Below are positions 32,120 to 43,700 of a DNA stretch of 64,000 bases, piece by piece. Position 1 is the first letter of the stretch. Each line of letters starts with the position of its first letter. The stretch is from assembly GCA_038150265.1 (NCBI GenBank), contig JAYOTF010000007.1, forward strand, positions 1-64,000, in the 5' to 3' direction. The translations under genes and the position numbers were made by a program. Source of the DNA: Deltaproteobacteria bacterium (GTDB lineage: Bacteria > SAR324 > NAC60-12). The notes under the pieces were generated by a model, which saw only the letters and a list, made by a program, of their open reading frames with translations, had not been told where the DNA came from and did not search any database.

Positions 32120-34093
32120 CTACGCCTCCAGCTGCTTGCGCAGGTCCTGGAGGCGGTCCCGGAGCTTTGCGGCCAGCTCGAATTGGAGCTGTTCGGCGGC
32201 TTCCATCATCTCTCCTTCCAGCTGAACCATCTCTGCCTCAAGCTTCTCCCGAGTCTGGTAAGGTGCCTCGGCTTCGGCGGCAATGGGCTCTTCATCGAGG
32301 TCAACGGGAGCCAGGGACGGAGCAATTTCCCGGATGACTGAACGCGGGGTGATCCCGTGTTGGGCGTTGTGAGCCAGTTGCCGAGCCCGTCGCTCTTCCG
32401 TGATGTCGAGGGCTGCGCGCATGGAGCCGGTGATGACATCAGCGTACATGATGACCCGGCCCCCGACGTTTCGGGCCGCACGGCCACAGGTCTGAATCAA
32501 GGACCGGACGGAACGCAGGTAGCCTTCCTTGTCGGCATCAAAAATCCCCACGAGGGACACCTCCGGGAGGTCCAGCCCTTCCCGCAGGAGGTTGATCCCC
32601 ACCAGCACGTCAAACTCGCCCTTCCGCAAATCGTGCAGAATCTTGGTACGCTCCACGGCGTCAATGTCGGAGTGCATGTAGCGCACACGGACGCCCAGTT
32701 CCTTGTAGTAGTCCGTCAGGTCCTCTGCCATGCGTTTGGTGAGGGTGGTGATGAGGACTCGCTCGTTGCGCTGCTCGCGCTCCCGGATTTCATGAAGCAT
32801 GTCATCGACCTGCCCCAGCACGGGCCGGATCTCAATGGGCGGGTCGACGAGTCCGGTCGGCCGGATCACCAGCTCCACGGCCTGGCCCTGGGTTTTCTCC
32901 AGCTCATAGTCTCCGGGGGTGGCCGAGACATAGATGATTTGCTGACCAATCTGCTCAAACTCCTCAAACTTGAGGGGCCGGTTGTCCAGCGCTGAAGGGA
33001 GGCGGAAGCCATGCTCCACAAGGGTTTCCTTGCGGGCCTTGTCTCCGCGGTACATGGCCCGGACCTGCGGGACGCTGACGTGGCTTTCATCAATGACGAT
33101 GAGGGCATCGTCTGGAAGGTAGTCGAGCAGGGTGGTGGGCGCACTTCCGGGTTTGCGACGCTGGAGGATGCGGCTGTAGTTTTCGATGCCTGAACAGAAG
33201 CCCGTTTGCTCAATCATCTCAATGTCGTACTCGGTCCGTTGCTTGAGTCGGTGGTACTCGAGCAGCTTGTCCTGCAGCTTCAACTCGATCAGACGGTCCT
33301 TGAGTTCCTCCCGGATGAGCCGCACGGTTTCCGGAACATGGCTGGACGGAGTCGCGTAGTGGGAGGCCGGGTAGATGGCAAAGTGCCGGTAGCCCTTGTG
33401 CTTCTTGCCCGTCAGGGGGTCGTACTGCGTGATCGCTTCAATCTCGTCGCCCCACAACTCGACCCGGAGGGCCGATTCGGACTCGGCGAGGTAGATGTCG
33501 ATGACGTCCCCCCGGACCCGGAAGGTGCCGCGATGGAAGTCGAGGTCGTTGCGCTGGTACTGCATTTCGACCAGGCGAGCGAGCATCTCGGCCCGCTTGA
33601 GCTTCTCTCCGACCTTGAGGAAGAGGAGCATCTTGCCATACTCCTCCGGAGAGCCGATGCCGTAGATGCAGGAAACGGAGGCGACGATGATGACGTCTCG
33701 ACGCTCCAGCAGCGATCGGGTTGCCGAGAGGCGGAGGCGATCCAGCTCATCATTGAGGGCCGTGGTCTTCTCAATGAAGAGGTCCTTGTGCGGAACGTAG
33801 GCTTCCGGCTGATAGTAGTCGTAGAAGCTGACAAAGTACTCCACCGCGTTGTCAGGAAAGAAGGCCTGGAACTCGTTGTAGAGCTGGGCGGCCAGCACCT
33901 TGTTGTGGGCGAGGACGAGGGTGGGACGCTGGGTGTGCTCAATGACGTTGGCCACCGTGTACGTCTTGCCAGACCCGGTGATGCCCAGCAGCACCTGATG
34001 CCGTTGCTGCTGCTCAATGCCCGCCACCAACTCGGTGATGGCCTGCGGTTGATCGCCAGCGGGCTGGTACTCGGATTTGAGGTGAAAGCTCAT
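32120..34093 (-). CDS. uvrB: excinuclease ABC subunit B
   Basis: [33 protein letters not shown]-terminal UVR domain. Confidence 0.98.
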   Translation of the reverse strand: MSFHLKSEYQPAGDQPQAITELVAGIEQQQRHQVLLGITGSGKTYTVANVIEHTQRPTLVLAHNKVLAAQLYNEFQAFFPDNAVEYFVSFYDYYQPEAYVPHKDLFIEKTTALNDELDRLRLSATRSLLERRDVIIVASVSCIYGIGSPEEYGKMLLFLKVGEKLKRAEMLARLVEMQYQRNDLDFHRGTFRVRGDVIDIYLAESESALRVELWGDEIEAITQYDPLTGKKHKGYRHFAIYPASHYATPSSHVPETVRLIREELKDRLIELKLQDKLLEYHRLKQRTEYDIEMIEQTGFCSGIENYSRILQRRKPGSAPTTLLDYLPDDALIVIDESHVSVPQVRAMYRGDKARKETLVEHGFRLPSALDNRPLKFEEFEQIGQQIIYVSATPGDYELEKTQGQAVELVIRPTGLVDPPIEIRPVLGQVDDMLHEIREREQRNERVLITTLTKRMAEDLTDYYKELGVRVRYMHSDIDAVERTKILHDLRKGEFDVLVGINLLREGLDLPEVSLVGIFDADKEGYLRSVRSLIQTCGRAARNVGGRVIMYADVITGSMRAALDITEERRARQLAHNAQHGITPRSVIREIAPSLAPVDLDEEPIAAEAEAPYQTREKLEAEMVQLEGEMMEAAEQLQFELAAKLRDRLQDLRKQLEA

Positions 34094-34152
34094 GTGGGCT
34101 CAGTTGGGGGTTCTTGAAGCAGACCCCAGTATACCGGAAACCACGTTCAGGT

Positions 34153-36552
34153 TCACGGAAGCGTGAGCGTCTTCAGGAGGCCGCTGCCGGGAGCGCGCAC
34201 CTCCAGGACGTCACCGGAGCGAGCCGTGAATTCGAGAGGCGCGGTGCCGGCATCGTTGCCCACAAATAGCCGCTCGGAGCCACGGACCCGGACGACGAGG
34301 CGCGGACCATGAGGCCAGGGACTCAGTTCCCAGCGGTCGGATCCGAGCGGTTGTACGTCCAGCTCGGACGCCTGAGCAGGAGCCATCCGAGCGGCTGTGC
34401 TGAGGCGTTGGTCAAAGACGGGGGTGCCTGTTTCATCCTGAAGGACGACCCGGCTCACGGAAGCAGCTCCGGGGACCCAGATGCTGAAAGGCTGAGCAGG
34501 GCTGTGATCCAGGGTCTTCAGTTGAACGGGAAGCACGTCCACGCTTCCGTCTGTGCGCGTCACCACGGCCTGGAAGCGCGCGCGCGCCTCTCCGGAGCGG
34601 CTGCCTCCGAGAGAGAGGACACGGTCAAGGGACCACTCGCCGTCCTCATTCCGGGTTCCAGAGAGGAGCCAGCCACCATCAGACGTGCTTCGTGCCTGAG
34701 CGACCAGGGCACTGGGGGTGGGCAGGCGGTTTTGGAAGGACCGCAGGTTGCGGTAGTTGTAATCCGAGATCCAGGTCCGGTTGCAGTAACTCATGATGTC
34801 GTAGTAGCTCGACGGCGCGAGCAGCCGGTTCTTGAAGTAATCGTACCCGGCCTGGTCCAGGTGAGCGGTTTGGTTCGGGTAGTTGGGATCGACTCCACTG
34901 ATGGCAGAACACTCGCTGTTGGTGCCATGGTCCACATGATGGCGTCCGTGGTTGTGACCCAGCTCATGGGCGGCAATTTTGCCCACGAGGTGCTTCTGCA
35001 CCAAGCCGATGCCCGTCAGGTCCAAATTGCAACCGCTTGTGTCCGATCCGGAAACATACGCAAGCCCGCCATATGTTTCACCACTGGCCAGCAGCCCGTA
35101 GTAGAAACGGTTGCAGTTCTGGTTACCCAACTCCACAGTCCGGTAAGAGCTGAGCCCGGAAAGAATGGACTCCCAGTCGTTCCCAGTCTGAGCCGTCCCG
35201 AGGAACTGAAACGGGGTGCCGGCAACATCAATCAGAATCGAGTGGTTGGGGTACATGGCATTGAGCGTCTGTCCAATCTCGACCTTGGCTACCTGCATCT
35301 GGGAGGGGCTGGGGACTCCACTCAGCGTGGAGATGGGCACCAGCTTCACGTAGAGCGGTACCTGCTCCTCGAAGGTGAAGGATTCGGTGTGGCTTCGCAG
35401 CGTCCCCGTGTTGTTGTCGATAATGGTGCCACTGTTCATGTAAACCGTGAACTCCTGGGTTCCCGCTTGAAACCAGCTGGTTGCATCGTCCCGGAGGTCA
35501 AAGGTCGCAACACAAGCGGCATCCACCGAGGAGCTGTAGGGCGTATGGAGGAGTGGCCCATGGAGTGTGTAAAAATCATCTCCATGCTTCAGCTCCACAG
35601 TACCGGTCTGCCCGGCTCCGGAGGTGACGTTGAAGTAGGCTCGGACGATTCCGGGTTTGCCGGCAATCAGGGTGGTGTTGCTCGTGCTGCTCACTTCGAC
35701 GGCCTGCGCGACCGTCAGTTTTTCAACGCTGAAGGTGAGGGTGCCACTTGTAATCGAGAGGGCGTTGGAGTAAGCGCTTCGGGCGCCGGCATTGGTCACG
35801 GCTCGGACCAGGAAGGTATCACCAGAACTGGCACCGGATAAAGTCGTGCTGGTGCCGGTGACCGTACTCACGACGCTCAGCGCTCCGGAGCTCAGTTGGG
35901 CGACCTCGTAGGAGCTGGCGCCGATGACAGCATTCCAGGAAAGCTGGGCATCACTGCCACTGAGAACACCGCTCAGGGCCGGTGGCGCCGGTGGTGCGCT
36001 TCCAATGGTCACAGGAACGACACTGGTCGCGCCACTTTTTCCCTCAGCTTGCGTTTGGGTTCCTGCCGAAAGCGTCAGGGTCAGGGCCTGCCCTTGTGAA
36101 AACCAATTTCCATAAAAATCACACCCGTTGGATGACCCTAGGGAATCGACCAGGCCAGGATCGTAATTGAGGGTCATGCTCTGGCACTTGGAGACATTGA
36201 GCGAGAAGCCGGAGCGCCCCTTCTGGATAAACAGGTAGTGCGTGCTGGCTCCGCTCAGCGGCTTCCAGGAAACCCTTAAGCCTGTGACCACGTCCGGTTC
36301 CGATTGAACCTTCAGGTCAGCAACGTTCAGGTCGAGGTAGCTGACCTCGGCATCAGCCGATGCCTGCAGGCGGGGCTCGCAGGTGACCTGGTTGACCGAG
36401 GAAATTTCCGGAAGCTTGCCCTCGGCAAACGGATCGTTGCTGCTGAGGTCGGTAAAGGAGGTGGGCCCTTCGGTCTCGTCCTGAGTGCTGCACCCGACCA
36501 GGGTCAGAATCAGGAATCCGCTGAGGACCGCAAGAACGCGAAGAGGCTTCAT
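34153..36552 (-). CDS. surface lipoprotein with FN3-like domains and a metzincin (M66/reprolysin-like) metallopeptidase domain
   Basis: lipobox LVGC after ATG 36552; LSWNAVIGASSYEV FN3-like motif; HELGHNHGRHH (HExxHxxGxxH) and Met-turn DIMSY. Confidence 0.75.
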   Translation of the reverse strand: MKPLRVLAVLSGFLILTLVGCSTQDETEGPTSFTDLSSNDPFAEGKLPEISSVNQVTCEPRLQASADAEVSYLDLNVADLKVQSEPDVVTGLRVSWKPLSGASTHYLFIQKGRSGFSLNVSKCQSMTLNYDPGLVDSLGSSNGCDFYGNWFSQGQALTLTLSAGTQTQAEGKSGATSVVPVTIGSAPPAPPALSGVLSGSDAQLSWNAVIGASSYEVAQLSSGALSVVSTVTGTSTTLSGASSGDTFLVRAVTNAGARSAYSNALSITSGTLTFSVEKLTVAQAVEVSSTSNTTLIAGKPGIVRAYFNVTSGAGQTGTVELKHGDDFYTLHGPLLHTPYSSSVDAACVATFDLRDDATSWFQAGTQEFTVYMNSGTIIDNNTGTLRSHTESFTFEEQVPLYVKLVPISTLSGVPSPSQMQVAKVEIGQTLNAMYPNHSILIDVAGTPFQFLGTAQTGNDWESILSGLSSYRTVELGNQNCNRFYYGLLASGETYGGLAYVSGSDTSGCNLDLTGIGLVQKHLVGKIAAHELGHNHGRHHVDHGTNSECSAISGVDPNYPNQTAHLDQAGYDYFKNRLLAPSSYYDIMSYCNRTWISDYNYRNLRSFQNRLPTPSALVAQARSTSDGGWLLSGTRNEDGEWSLDRVLSLGGSRSGEARARFQAVVTRTDGSVDVLPVQLKTLDHSPAQPFSIWVPGAASVSRVVLQDETGTPVFDQRLSTAARMAPAQASELDVQPLGSDRWELSPWPHGPRLVVRVRGSERLFVGNDAGTAPLEFTARSGDVLEVRAPGSGLLKTLTLP

Positions 36553-36610
36553 GCTGCAAGGACGAGAGGCAAGCCGCCGCGTGCTGGCCGGAGCCAGGCT
36601 GCGGGCGGGC

Positions 36611-36982
36611 TCAGAGGTAATCGGCGAGCGTTTTTCCGGCAGGCGCTGCTGGTGCCGGTTCCGGAGCAGGCGCCGCGTGCGCATCGGCCCCGTGGCTGTC
36701 GTGTCCATGATCCTCGCCATGGGCATGCGGAAGCAACAGCCCGAGTGCGGCTTGTCCCCGGCGGAAGTACACCATCAGGTTGAAGCCCAGCAGGCCGCTG
36801 ATGAAGAGCATTCCCGCCAGAGCCAGCTTCGATTCAGCTGGCAGGAAGACCACCAGCACGAGGGGCAGGATTCCGCCAACGGGGTAGTCCCGCGAGTTTT
36901 GGGAGCCAATCAGGAACATGGACAGGACGGCAAAGAACATTCCGGTGCCGATCCCCAGCAACAAAACGTAAGGAAACTCCAT
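36611..36982 (-). CDS. hypothetical membrane protein with His/Pro-rich tail
   Basis: three hydrophobic segments followed by HAHGEDHGHDSHG. Confidence 0.65.
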   Translation of the reverse strand: MEFPYVLLLGIGTGMFFAVLSMFLIGSQNSRDYPVGGILPLVLVVFLPAESKLALAGMLFISGLLGFNLMVYFRRGQAALGLLLPHAHGEDHGHDSHGADAHAAPAPEPAPAAPAGKTLADYL

Positions 36983-37065
36983 GGGACGAATCTGGGTTCA
37001 GGTTAACGAGTAGCCGGCAAGGCAAACGAGTGAGAGCATAGCACGCTTTTCCGGGAAGCAGAAGC

Positions 37066-39039
37066 TCAGAACGCTGAGGAGGCGGCCTCTTTCAGCAGGG
37101 TGTCATAGGCTTGTGGTGTCAGGGCTTCCCAGCTTTCTGCAACCACCTGGAAGCGGCTCTCGGCACGGCGGAGGATCAGGGTCTTGATCCCGAGGTCAGA
37201 GAGGCGTTCTGATTGATAATCCTGAAGGAGCCGGACCCGAATGTCTTCTCCCGAAAACTCGATCTGGAGTGGGGTCAGCTGAATCTGACGAGCGCCATTT
37301 TGCTCGGCCACCCGTTGCTTCAGGTCGGCCCAGGCGGCCAGGTCGTATGACTCGCTCTGGAAGTCAGAGGCATACACCTGCAAGTAGGCCTGCAGGTTGT
37401 CTCCTTCCCAGAGGTCTCGCCAGTGACTCACAAAGGCCAGGACGGACTGCAGGGGGTCGCCGGAAGTGATCACCGGGGCCGGTGTGGGCTCCGTCGTGGC
37501 CACGGCGGGAGCAACCGGTGCTGCTGGTGCCAGGGCTGGAGCTTCCGGAGCCGTGACGTGGTTCACTTCCGGAGCTTCCGGAGCCGGGGTCGCTTCGCTG
37601 GTGTCGAGCCAGGCGATGGCCTCCGGAGGGGTGCGGTCCTGATCAACAGCGGCAATGAGTTCCGTATTCGGGGCCGCCGGGTCGGCATCGGCTTCGGTGA
37701 CCCAGGCGACGGCCTCGGTTTCAGAGCCATCCAGGTCCACTGGGCGGGCCGCTGGGGGAACGGGTTCTGCGTCGGTTGCAACCAGCCAGGCTGCTCCGGT
37801 TGCTGAAGGCGCGTCCAGCTCCACGGGTTCCGGAGCGCTAATGAGGGTTTGGCGCAACTCGTCCAGCCCTTCCGGGTTTTGTAACGTCAGGGGCTCTTCG
37901 GCAGAAGTTTCCGGCTCTTCCGGAAGCGTGGGCTCTGAAGACGAGTTCGGCTCTTCCGGAAGGTTTGGCGAGAAGGACAAGGCGGCCAGAAGGGGGTCGT
38001 TTTCCGGAGTCGCCTTCACGATGCTGCCGGCGACCGGAGTGCCATTGAGGACAATGGGGAAGCTCTGCTGCTCCATTGCCAGGCGGTCGGAGGCGTTGAG
38101 CTTGCCCCACTGCTCGCTGATGATTTCATACCCCCGGGCTCCCTTGCGGAGGTACAGGGTTTTCAATCCGGAAGTCTGCAGGTGCGGGGCATCGTAGTCC
38201 TGGAAGAGTCGAACCTCCGTGACCTCTCCGGAGCGGAGGATGCTGAGAACCTGGATGCTGATGCGCTTTTCCCGGTAGAGGTCGTTGACGTTCTGCTTGT
38301 ACTGCTTCCAGCGGGACGCGTTGAATTTTTGAGTCCGGAAGTCTGTGGCATAAAGCGACAGGTAGACCGGGTTGTCGCTGGTTTCCCAAGACGTGATCCA
38401 GGTTTGCAGAAACTCCAGAACCTGCTGGCGCTCCTGGAGCACCTTCCAGGGGCTTTCCAGCTGCAGCTTTTTGCTGATGATCATGGGCGTGTTGCGGAGC
38501 GACACCAGCTGCTTGACCTCAAGCAATTCGTCATTGCGGAGCGAGATGCACCCCCGGGTGGCCACGGGTTCCACCGATTCGGTGCCGTGCAGCCAGATCC
38601 CGGAACCCGTCTTGCGGTGATAGTAGCGGTCCAGGAAGTTCGGGTAGTTCGTCACCAGCGCTCCGGAGCCATAAACGGAGGCAATCTCCTCTCCATAGCG
38701 CTGGTCCAGCAGGGAGCTGCTCAGCTTCTGCCGGAAGCGGTAGATGCCCTCTGGCGTCTTCTGGTCTCCTTCGACCTGTTTGTCACCGTCAACCTTCCCA
38801 GACTCACACGAGTGGAGGGAGTTGAGGCGCCAGTGGCCGTTCAGTTGGTAGACGTAGAGGGTGCATCCGGATTTGTCCACCGCGATCACGGTGTCTCCCT
38901 CGACGCCATAGTAGAGGAGGCCTGCAGGGATTTTTTCAGCAGCCGCTACTGGAAGAGCCAGAAGTCCCCAGTATCCAGTGAGGAGCAATCCGAGAGCGAC
39001 CAGCAGGCGAGAAAGGGAGGTCGTCAGTGGGGGCGTCAC
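37066..39039 (-). CDS. L,D-transpeptidase/carboxypeptidase (YkuD) with two NTF2-like domains (Csd6-like)
   Basis: signal/TM segment; GDQKTPEGIY, GIWLHG...TRGCI catalytic motif; two W..SWE..YL..Y..DF...F/LQDY...G.KTL repeats; GTG 39039 overlaps the csoR stop. Confidence 0.8.
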   Translation of the reverse strand: MTPPLTTSLSRLLVALGLLLTGYWGLLALPVAAAEKIPAGLLYYGVEGDTVIAVDKSGCTLYVYQLNGHWRLNSLHSCESGKVDGDKQVEGDQKTPEGIYRFRQKLSSSLLDQRYGEEIASVYGSGALVTNYPNFLDRYYHRKTGSGIWLHGTESVEPVATRGCISLRNDELLEVKQLVSLRNTPMIISKKLQLESPWKVLQERQQVLEFLQTWITSWETSDNPVYLSLYATDFRTQKFNASRWKQYKQNVNDLYREKRISIQVLSILRSGEVTEVRLFQDYDAPHLQTSGLKTLYLRKGARGYEIISEQWGKLNASDRLAMEQQSFPIVLNGTPVAGSIVKATPENDPLLAALSFSPNLPEEPNSSSEPTLPEEPETSAEEPLTLQNPEGLDELRQTLISAPEPVELDAPSATGAAWLVATDAEPVPPAARPVDLDGSETEAVAWVTEADADPAAPNTELIAAVDQDRTPPEAIAWLDTSEATPAPEAPEVNHVTAPEAPALAPAAPVAPAVATTEPTPAPVITSGDPLQSVLAFVSHWRDLWEGDNLQAYLQVYASDFQSESYDLAAWADLKQRVAEQNGARQIQLTPLQIEFSGEDIRVRLLQDYQSERLSDLGIKTLILRRAESRFQVVAESWEALTPQAYDTLLKEAASSAF

Positions 39040-39392
39040 GAGGCTTTGTCGAGAAGTTGAATGATTTCTTGGATCTTGGCTTCCGCGACTTCCGGCTGCG
39101 AGGAGCCGAGGGCGTCCCGGACGCAGTGGTTCAGGTGCGCCTGGAGGATGCCGAGCTCCACCTGGCGCAGGGCGCCGGAAGCGGCACGGATTTGAGCAAT
39201 GATGTCCATGCAGTAGCGGCGCTCCTCGACCATCTTCTGAATCCCCCGGAGCTGTCCCTCCACCCGACGGAGTCGGTTGAGCTGAGGGTGGTGGTCCGGG
39301 TGAGCCGAAGCGTCCAGGTCGTGACATCCGGGCACGTCGTTCCCGGACGGGGAAAGCGTGTCAGGGGCGGCATTCGCATTGCAGGTTGTCAC
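39036..39392 (-). CDS. CsoR/RcnR family metal-sensing transcriptional repressor
   Basis: RLRRVEGQLRGIQKMVEERRYCMDI...HLNHCV (C-H-C ligand set); start uncertain. Confidence 0.9.
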   Translation of the reverse strand: MTTCNANAAPDTLSPSGNDVPGCHDLDASAHPDHHPQLNRLRRVEGQLRGIQKMVEERRYCMDIIAQIRAASGALRQVELGILQAHLNHCVRDALGSSQPEVAEAKIQEIIQLLDKAS

Positions 39393-39599
39393 AGGCTACC
39401 GTTAGACTGGGTTCGGTTTCCACGAGTACAAAGGTCCTGGCTGCTGCCAAGGGTTCAGGGGTCCTGCAAGAAACGGGACATCTCGTGGCTAAAGAGCCAA
39501 GTATAAAGAGGGCATGCCACAGACACAACCTGAACTTGCAACGGACGGCTTCTGAAGCTGTTCCTTCTTGCGCAGACCTGACCTTCCAAACGCCTCATC

Positions 39600-40724
39600 A
39601 TGTTGGATTCACCTTCCTCAGATACCCCCCGTTCCGGAGACGTCGCCCTGGTGCTGGCGGCCCTCATGCTGGTTTCGTATGGCCTGATCATGATCTACAG
39701 CACCGGAGTGGCGGTGGCAGAGCGGACCTATGGTGACAGCTTCTACTTTGTCAAACGGCACCTGCTGAACCTGCTGGTGGCCGGGTTGGCGTTTTATGTG
39801 GGCTACCGTATTGACTACCGCCGCTGGCGGGCCTGGATCCCCTGGATGATGGTGGGCATGCTGCTGCTGCTGCTGGCGGTGATGGTGACGCATTACGGGG
39901 CATCCGTGAAGGGCGGGCGGCGCTGGCTGCGTGTGGCGGGATTCGGGTTTCAGCCGGCAGAGTTCCTCAAGGTGGTGCTGGTGTTCTACGTGGCCTCTTA
40001 CCTGGAACGCAAGCAGGCCCTGCTGGGCTCGTTCACCAAGGGCCTGATTCCGACCTTCCTCATTACGGGGCTTTATCTCTTTCTGGTGCTGCTGCAGCCC
40101 GACTTCGGAACCGTGGTGCTGGTAGCGATGACGGTGCTGGTGATGCTCTTCTTGGGAGGGGGGCGCCTGACCCACATCACGGCCAGCATCCTCAGCGTGG
40201 GCATGGTCGGAGGCCTGCTCGTTGCCTCCGAGGAGTACCGCATGAAGCGGGTGCTTGCGTTTCTGGACCCGTGGAGCGACCCATGGAATTCCGGATACCA
40301 GATCATCCAGGCGTTCATTGCCATCGGCAGCGGTGGCTGGACGGGCCGGGGGCTGGGCATGAGCCGGCAGAAGCTGTTCTTCCTTCCGGAGGCGCATACC
40401 GACTTCATCTTTGCGATTGTGGGAGAAGAGCTCGGCTTCATTGGGGTCCTGCTGCTGCTGGCGCTGTTTACCGTGTTCCTCTGGCGTGGGTTCTGGGTGG
40501 CCTGGAACGTTCAGGATACCTTTGCGCGCCACGTGGCCTCGGGCTTTACCACCTTGATCAGCCTGCAGGTCCTGTTTAACCTGTGTGTGGTCACCGGCCT
40601 CATGCCCACCAAAGGCATTTCTCTGCCCTTCATCAGCTACGGAGGGTCCTCGTTGATGACCACCATGCTGATCACCGGCATCCTCGTGAACATCAGTCGT
40701 AATGTTTCGGCACAACGTGGCTGA
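39600..40724 (+). CDS. ftsW: SEDS peptidoglycan glycosyltransferase FtsW
   Basis: GGRRWL, FQPAEFLK, QPDFG, LPEAHTDFIFAIVGEELG, LPFISYGGSS. Confidence 0.93.
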   Translation: MLDSPSSDTPRSGDVALVLAALMLVSYGLIMIYSTGVAVAERTYGDSFYFVKRHLLNLLVAGLAFYVGYRIDYRRWRAWIPWMMVGMLLLLLAVMVTHYGASVKGGRRWLRVAGFGFQPAEFLKVVLVFYVASYLERKQALLGSFTKGLIPTFLITGLYLFLVLLQPDFGTVVLVAMTVLVMLFLGGGRLTHITASILSVGMVGGLLVASEEYRMKRVLAFLDPWSDPWNSGYQIIQAFIAIGSGGWTGRGLGMSRQKLFFLPEAHTDFIFAIVGEELGFIGVLLLLALFTVFLWRGFWVAWNVQDTFARHVASGFTTLISLQVLFNLCVVTGLMPTKGISLPFISYGGSSLMTTMLITGILVNISRNVSAQRG

Positions 40725-43700
40725 ACGCCTCCTGCTTGGCCTCCTTTTGGGAGGCTTCCTCTACCTGACGCTTCCTCCGATCCCTGCTTTTGCGCAAACG
40801 GGCTCCGAGCCTGAACTGGAAGACCCCGAACCGCCTTCAGATGCCGAAGAGGTGGGCGCAGAAGAGGCGCCTTCCGGTCGCATTGACCACCGTCTGAAGA
40901 ACTTCCTCGAGACCACTCAGGGGCTGGATGACTGGAACCGCATCATGCTGGCCATCCTGGAAAGTCCGGAAGCGGTCGAAGAGGTCCTCAACCAGGGAAT
41001 GCGGGTCAACGTCCGCGGGCATGGACAGTTCCGGGGGTCAACGCCCCTGATCTTTGCGGCCAAGACCGGAAAGCTGGAGATTGTGCGGTTGCTGGTGGAA
41101 CGCAGGGCCCGGATCAACGACACCGATGACAACGGGATGACAGCCCTGGCGCATGCGGCTCAGGAGGGAGAGCTGGAGATTGTGCGGTTCCTGCTGAAGC
41201 GTGGCGCCAACCCGGATACCATTTCAGACAACCATTGGACGCCTCTGATTTTGGCGACCCGACGTGGGCACGATGGCGTCGTCCGGATCCTGCTGAGTGT
41301 GGGGGTCCGGGTGGATTATGCCGATCACCTGGGCCTGACGGCCCTGGCGTATGCAGCGCAGGAAGGAGAGCTGACCATTGCCGAGATGCTGCTGGAGTAT
41401 GGTGCCGATCCGCGGGTTGCCTCTCGGAACGAATCGACCCCGCTGCTTTGGGCTGTGAAGAGCGATCAGCTGTCACTGGTCGCTGAGCTTCACCGCAGTG
41501 GCGGTTCCATTCGGGTGCGAGAGAAGGAATTTGGCCGGACGCCGCTGCACCTGGCAGCGCTCAATGGCAGCACGTCCATGGCGCGTTTCCTCCTGCGCCT
41601 GGGAGCCCGGATTGATGCCGTTGACTTCCAGGGCCGCACGCCCCTGATCACGGCCCTCCTCTCGCAGAGTGAAGAGACCGCCGTTGCGCTCATTCAGGAG
41701 GGCGCTTCCCTTGAATTGCCCGATGAGCAGGGCAACACGGCGCTGATCCTGGCGGCGCAGAACGGCATGCTGGAGACCGTGCAGGAACTCCTCAACCGTC
41801 CAGTTGATCTCGACATCCAAAATGAGCTGGGGCAGACCCCGTTGATGCTGGCGGCTGCCTCCGGAAGGCTGGAAGTGGTGGAGCTGTTGCTGCGTCGAAG
41901 TGCCGACCTGAGTCGGACGGACCGTTACGGCAAGACCGCCTGGATGTATGCCGCAGATTATGAGCAGGATGAGGTGGTCCGGTTCCTGGACCAGAACGGG
42001 GGGGCCACTTCGGGCAATCTGATTTATGCCGCCACCCGAGGGTACGTGCCGATCCTTCAGGACCTGCTGGAACGTGAAGTGCCCCTAACGGCTCAGGATG
42101 AACTGGGGTGGACGGCGCTGATGTGGGCCGCCAACAATGGAAACCTCGAGAGCCTCAAGCTGCTGCTGGAACACAACACCCCCGTCAACGACCAGGGCGC
42201 CAACGGCTGGACCGCGCTGATGCTGGCAGCCGGGCGCGGACACGCGGAGGCCATTGAACTGCTGGTCCAGAATGGTGCCGACTTCACGATTCGGGATCAG
42301 GACGAGTGGACGGCGCTGACATGGGCGGCACACAAGGGCCAGACGCTTTCGGTCAAAAAGCTCATCAGCCTCGGTGCTCAGGTCAATGAGCAGGGCGCCA
42401 ATGGCGTGACCCCCTTGGCCTGGGCGGCGGCTTCCGGAAACACCGAGACCGTGCTGGCCCTGCTTGAGCTGGAGGCCGACCTGCACCTCGCAGATGCGTA
42501 TGGCAGAAGCCCTCTGACGCTGGCTCTGCTGAAGGAACACTATGATACGGCGGGAACCCTGATTCGCCTGGGGGCCAATGCCAACGCCAGCCTCCTCTAT
42601 GCCTCCAGCCGCGGGTACGTTGGGATTGTGCAGTTTCTGCTGGAGCATCAGGCGAGCCTCCAGCACCGCTCGGAAGAAGGCATGACGCCCCTGTTGCTGG
42701 CCAGCATGGGCGGACACGAGGCGGTGATTCAACTGCTGCTGCAACAGGGAGCCGACCCCCTCTTCCGGGACCCGCGAAACCGCACGGCTCTGCACTATGC
42801 GATCATTGCCGACTCGTTGCCCAGCAGCGAGCTGCTTCTGCGTTCCGGAGACCTGGTCAACCTGAAGGATGCCGACGGCAACACGGCGCTGATGCTGGCG
42901 GCTGATCAGGGGTACCGTGATCTGGTGGAGCTGCTCCTGCGTTACGGAGCACGCCTGAACGAGGTCAATGGCGGACAGCAAACAGCGCTGATGCTGGCGG
43001 CGGCCAAGGGCTATCGCGAGATCTGCCGCCTGCTCATCCAGTCAGGCGCCAATCCGGAGCTGCAAACCGAGTCGGAGCAAAATGCGCTCATGGTGGCTGC
43101 CCAAAATGGACACCGCCTGGTGGTGGAGTTGCTGCTGGAACAGGGGGTGCCCGTGGATACCAAGATGTTCCAGTTGCAGGGACGGGGTGGAACGGCCCTG
43201 ACCCTTGCGGCTCGGAGCGGGCATTCCGATGTGGTGCAGGTGCTGCTCAACTACGGGGCCAAGCTGGGCGCGATTGAGCTCATGTACCGCCGCAATGCCC
43301 TCATGGAGGCTGCCCGAAGCGGTTACCTGGGAACCGTGAAGGTGCTGCTGCTCGCAGGCGCCGTCGCTTCGGAAACGGACCTGTCGGGGAAAACCGCCCT
43401 CATGCTGGCGGCCGAGGCCGGGCATACGCCTGTTGTTCAGTACCTGCTCGATCAGGCACCTGATTCCGCTTTTGAGGTCGATGACGAGGGAAAGTCGGCG
43501 TTGCACCTGGCCGCCGAAATGGGACAGGCCGAGGTGGTGCGCTTGCTGCTCGACCAGGGCTTTGATCCGGACCAGAGGGATCAACAGGGCGAGACGCCCC
43601 TGCACCTGGCGGCTGAAGCGGAAAGCGTGTTGGTGCTCAAGCTGCTGCTGGAAGCCGGGGCGGATCCGCAACTGAAGGACCGCTCGGGAAGAAGCCCCCG

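Noticed and set aside
39440..39490. CCAAGGGTTCAGGGG...CATCTCG resembles the 3' arm of E. coli 6S RNA
   Set aside because: The complementary 5' arm expected about 100-140 nt away in the correct order is absent on both strands, so it was not called 6S RNA.
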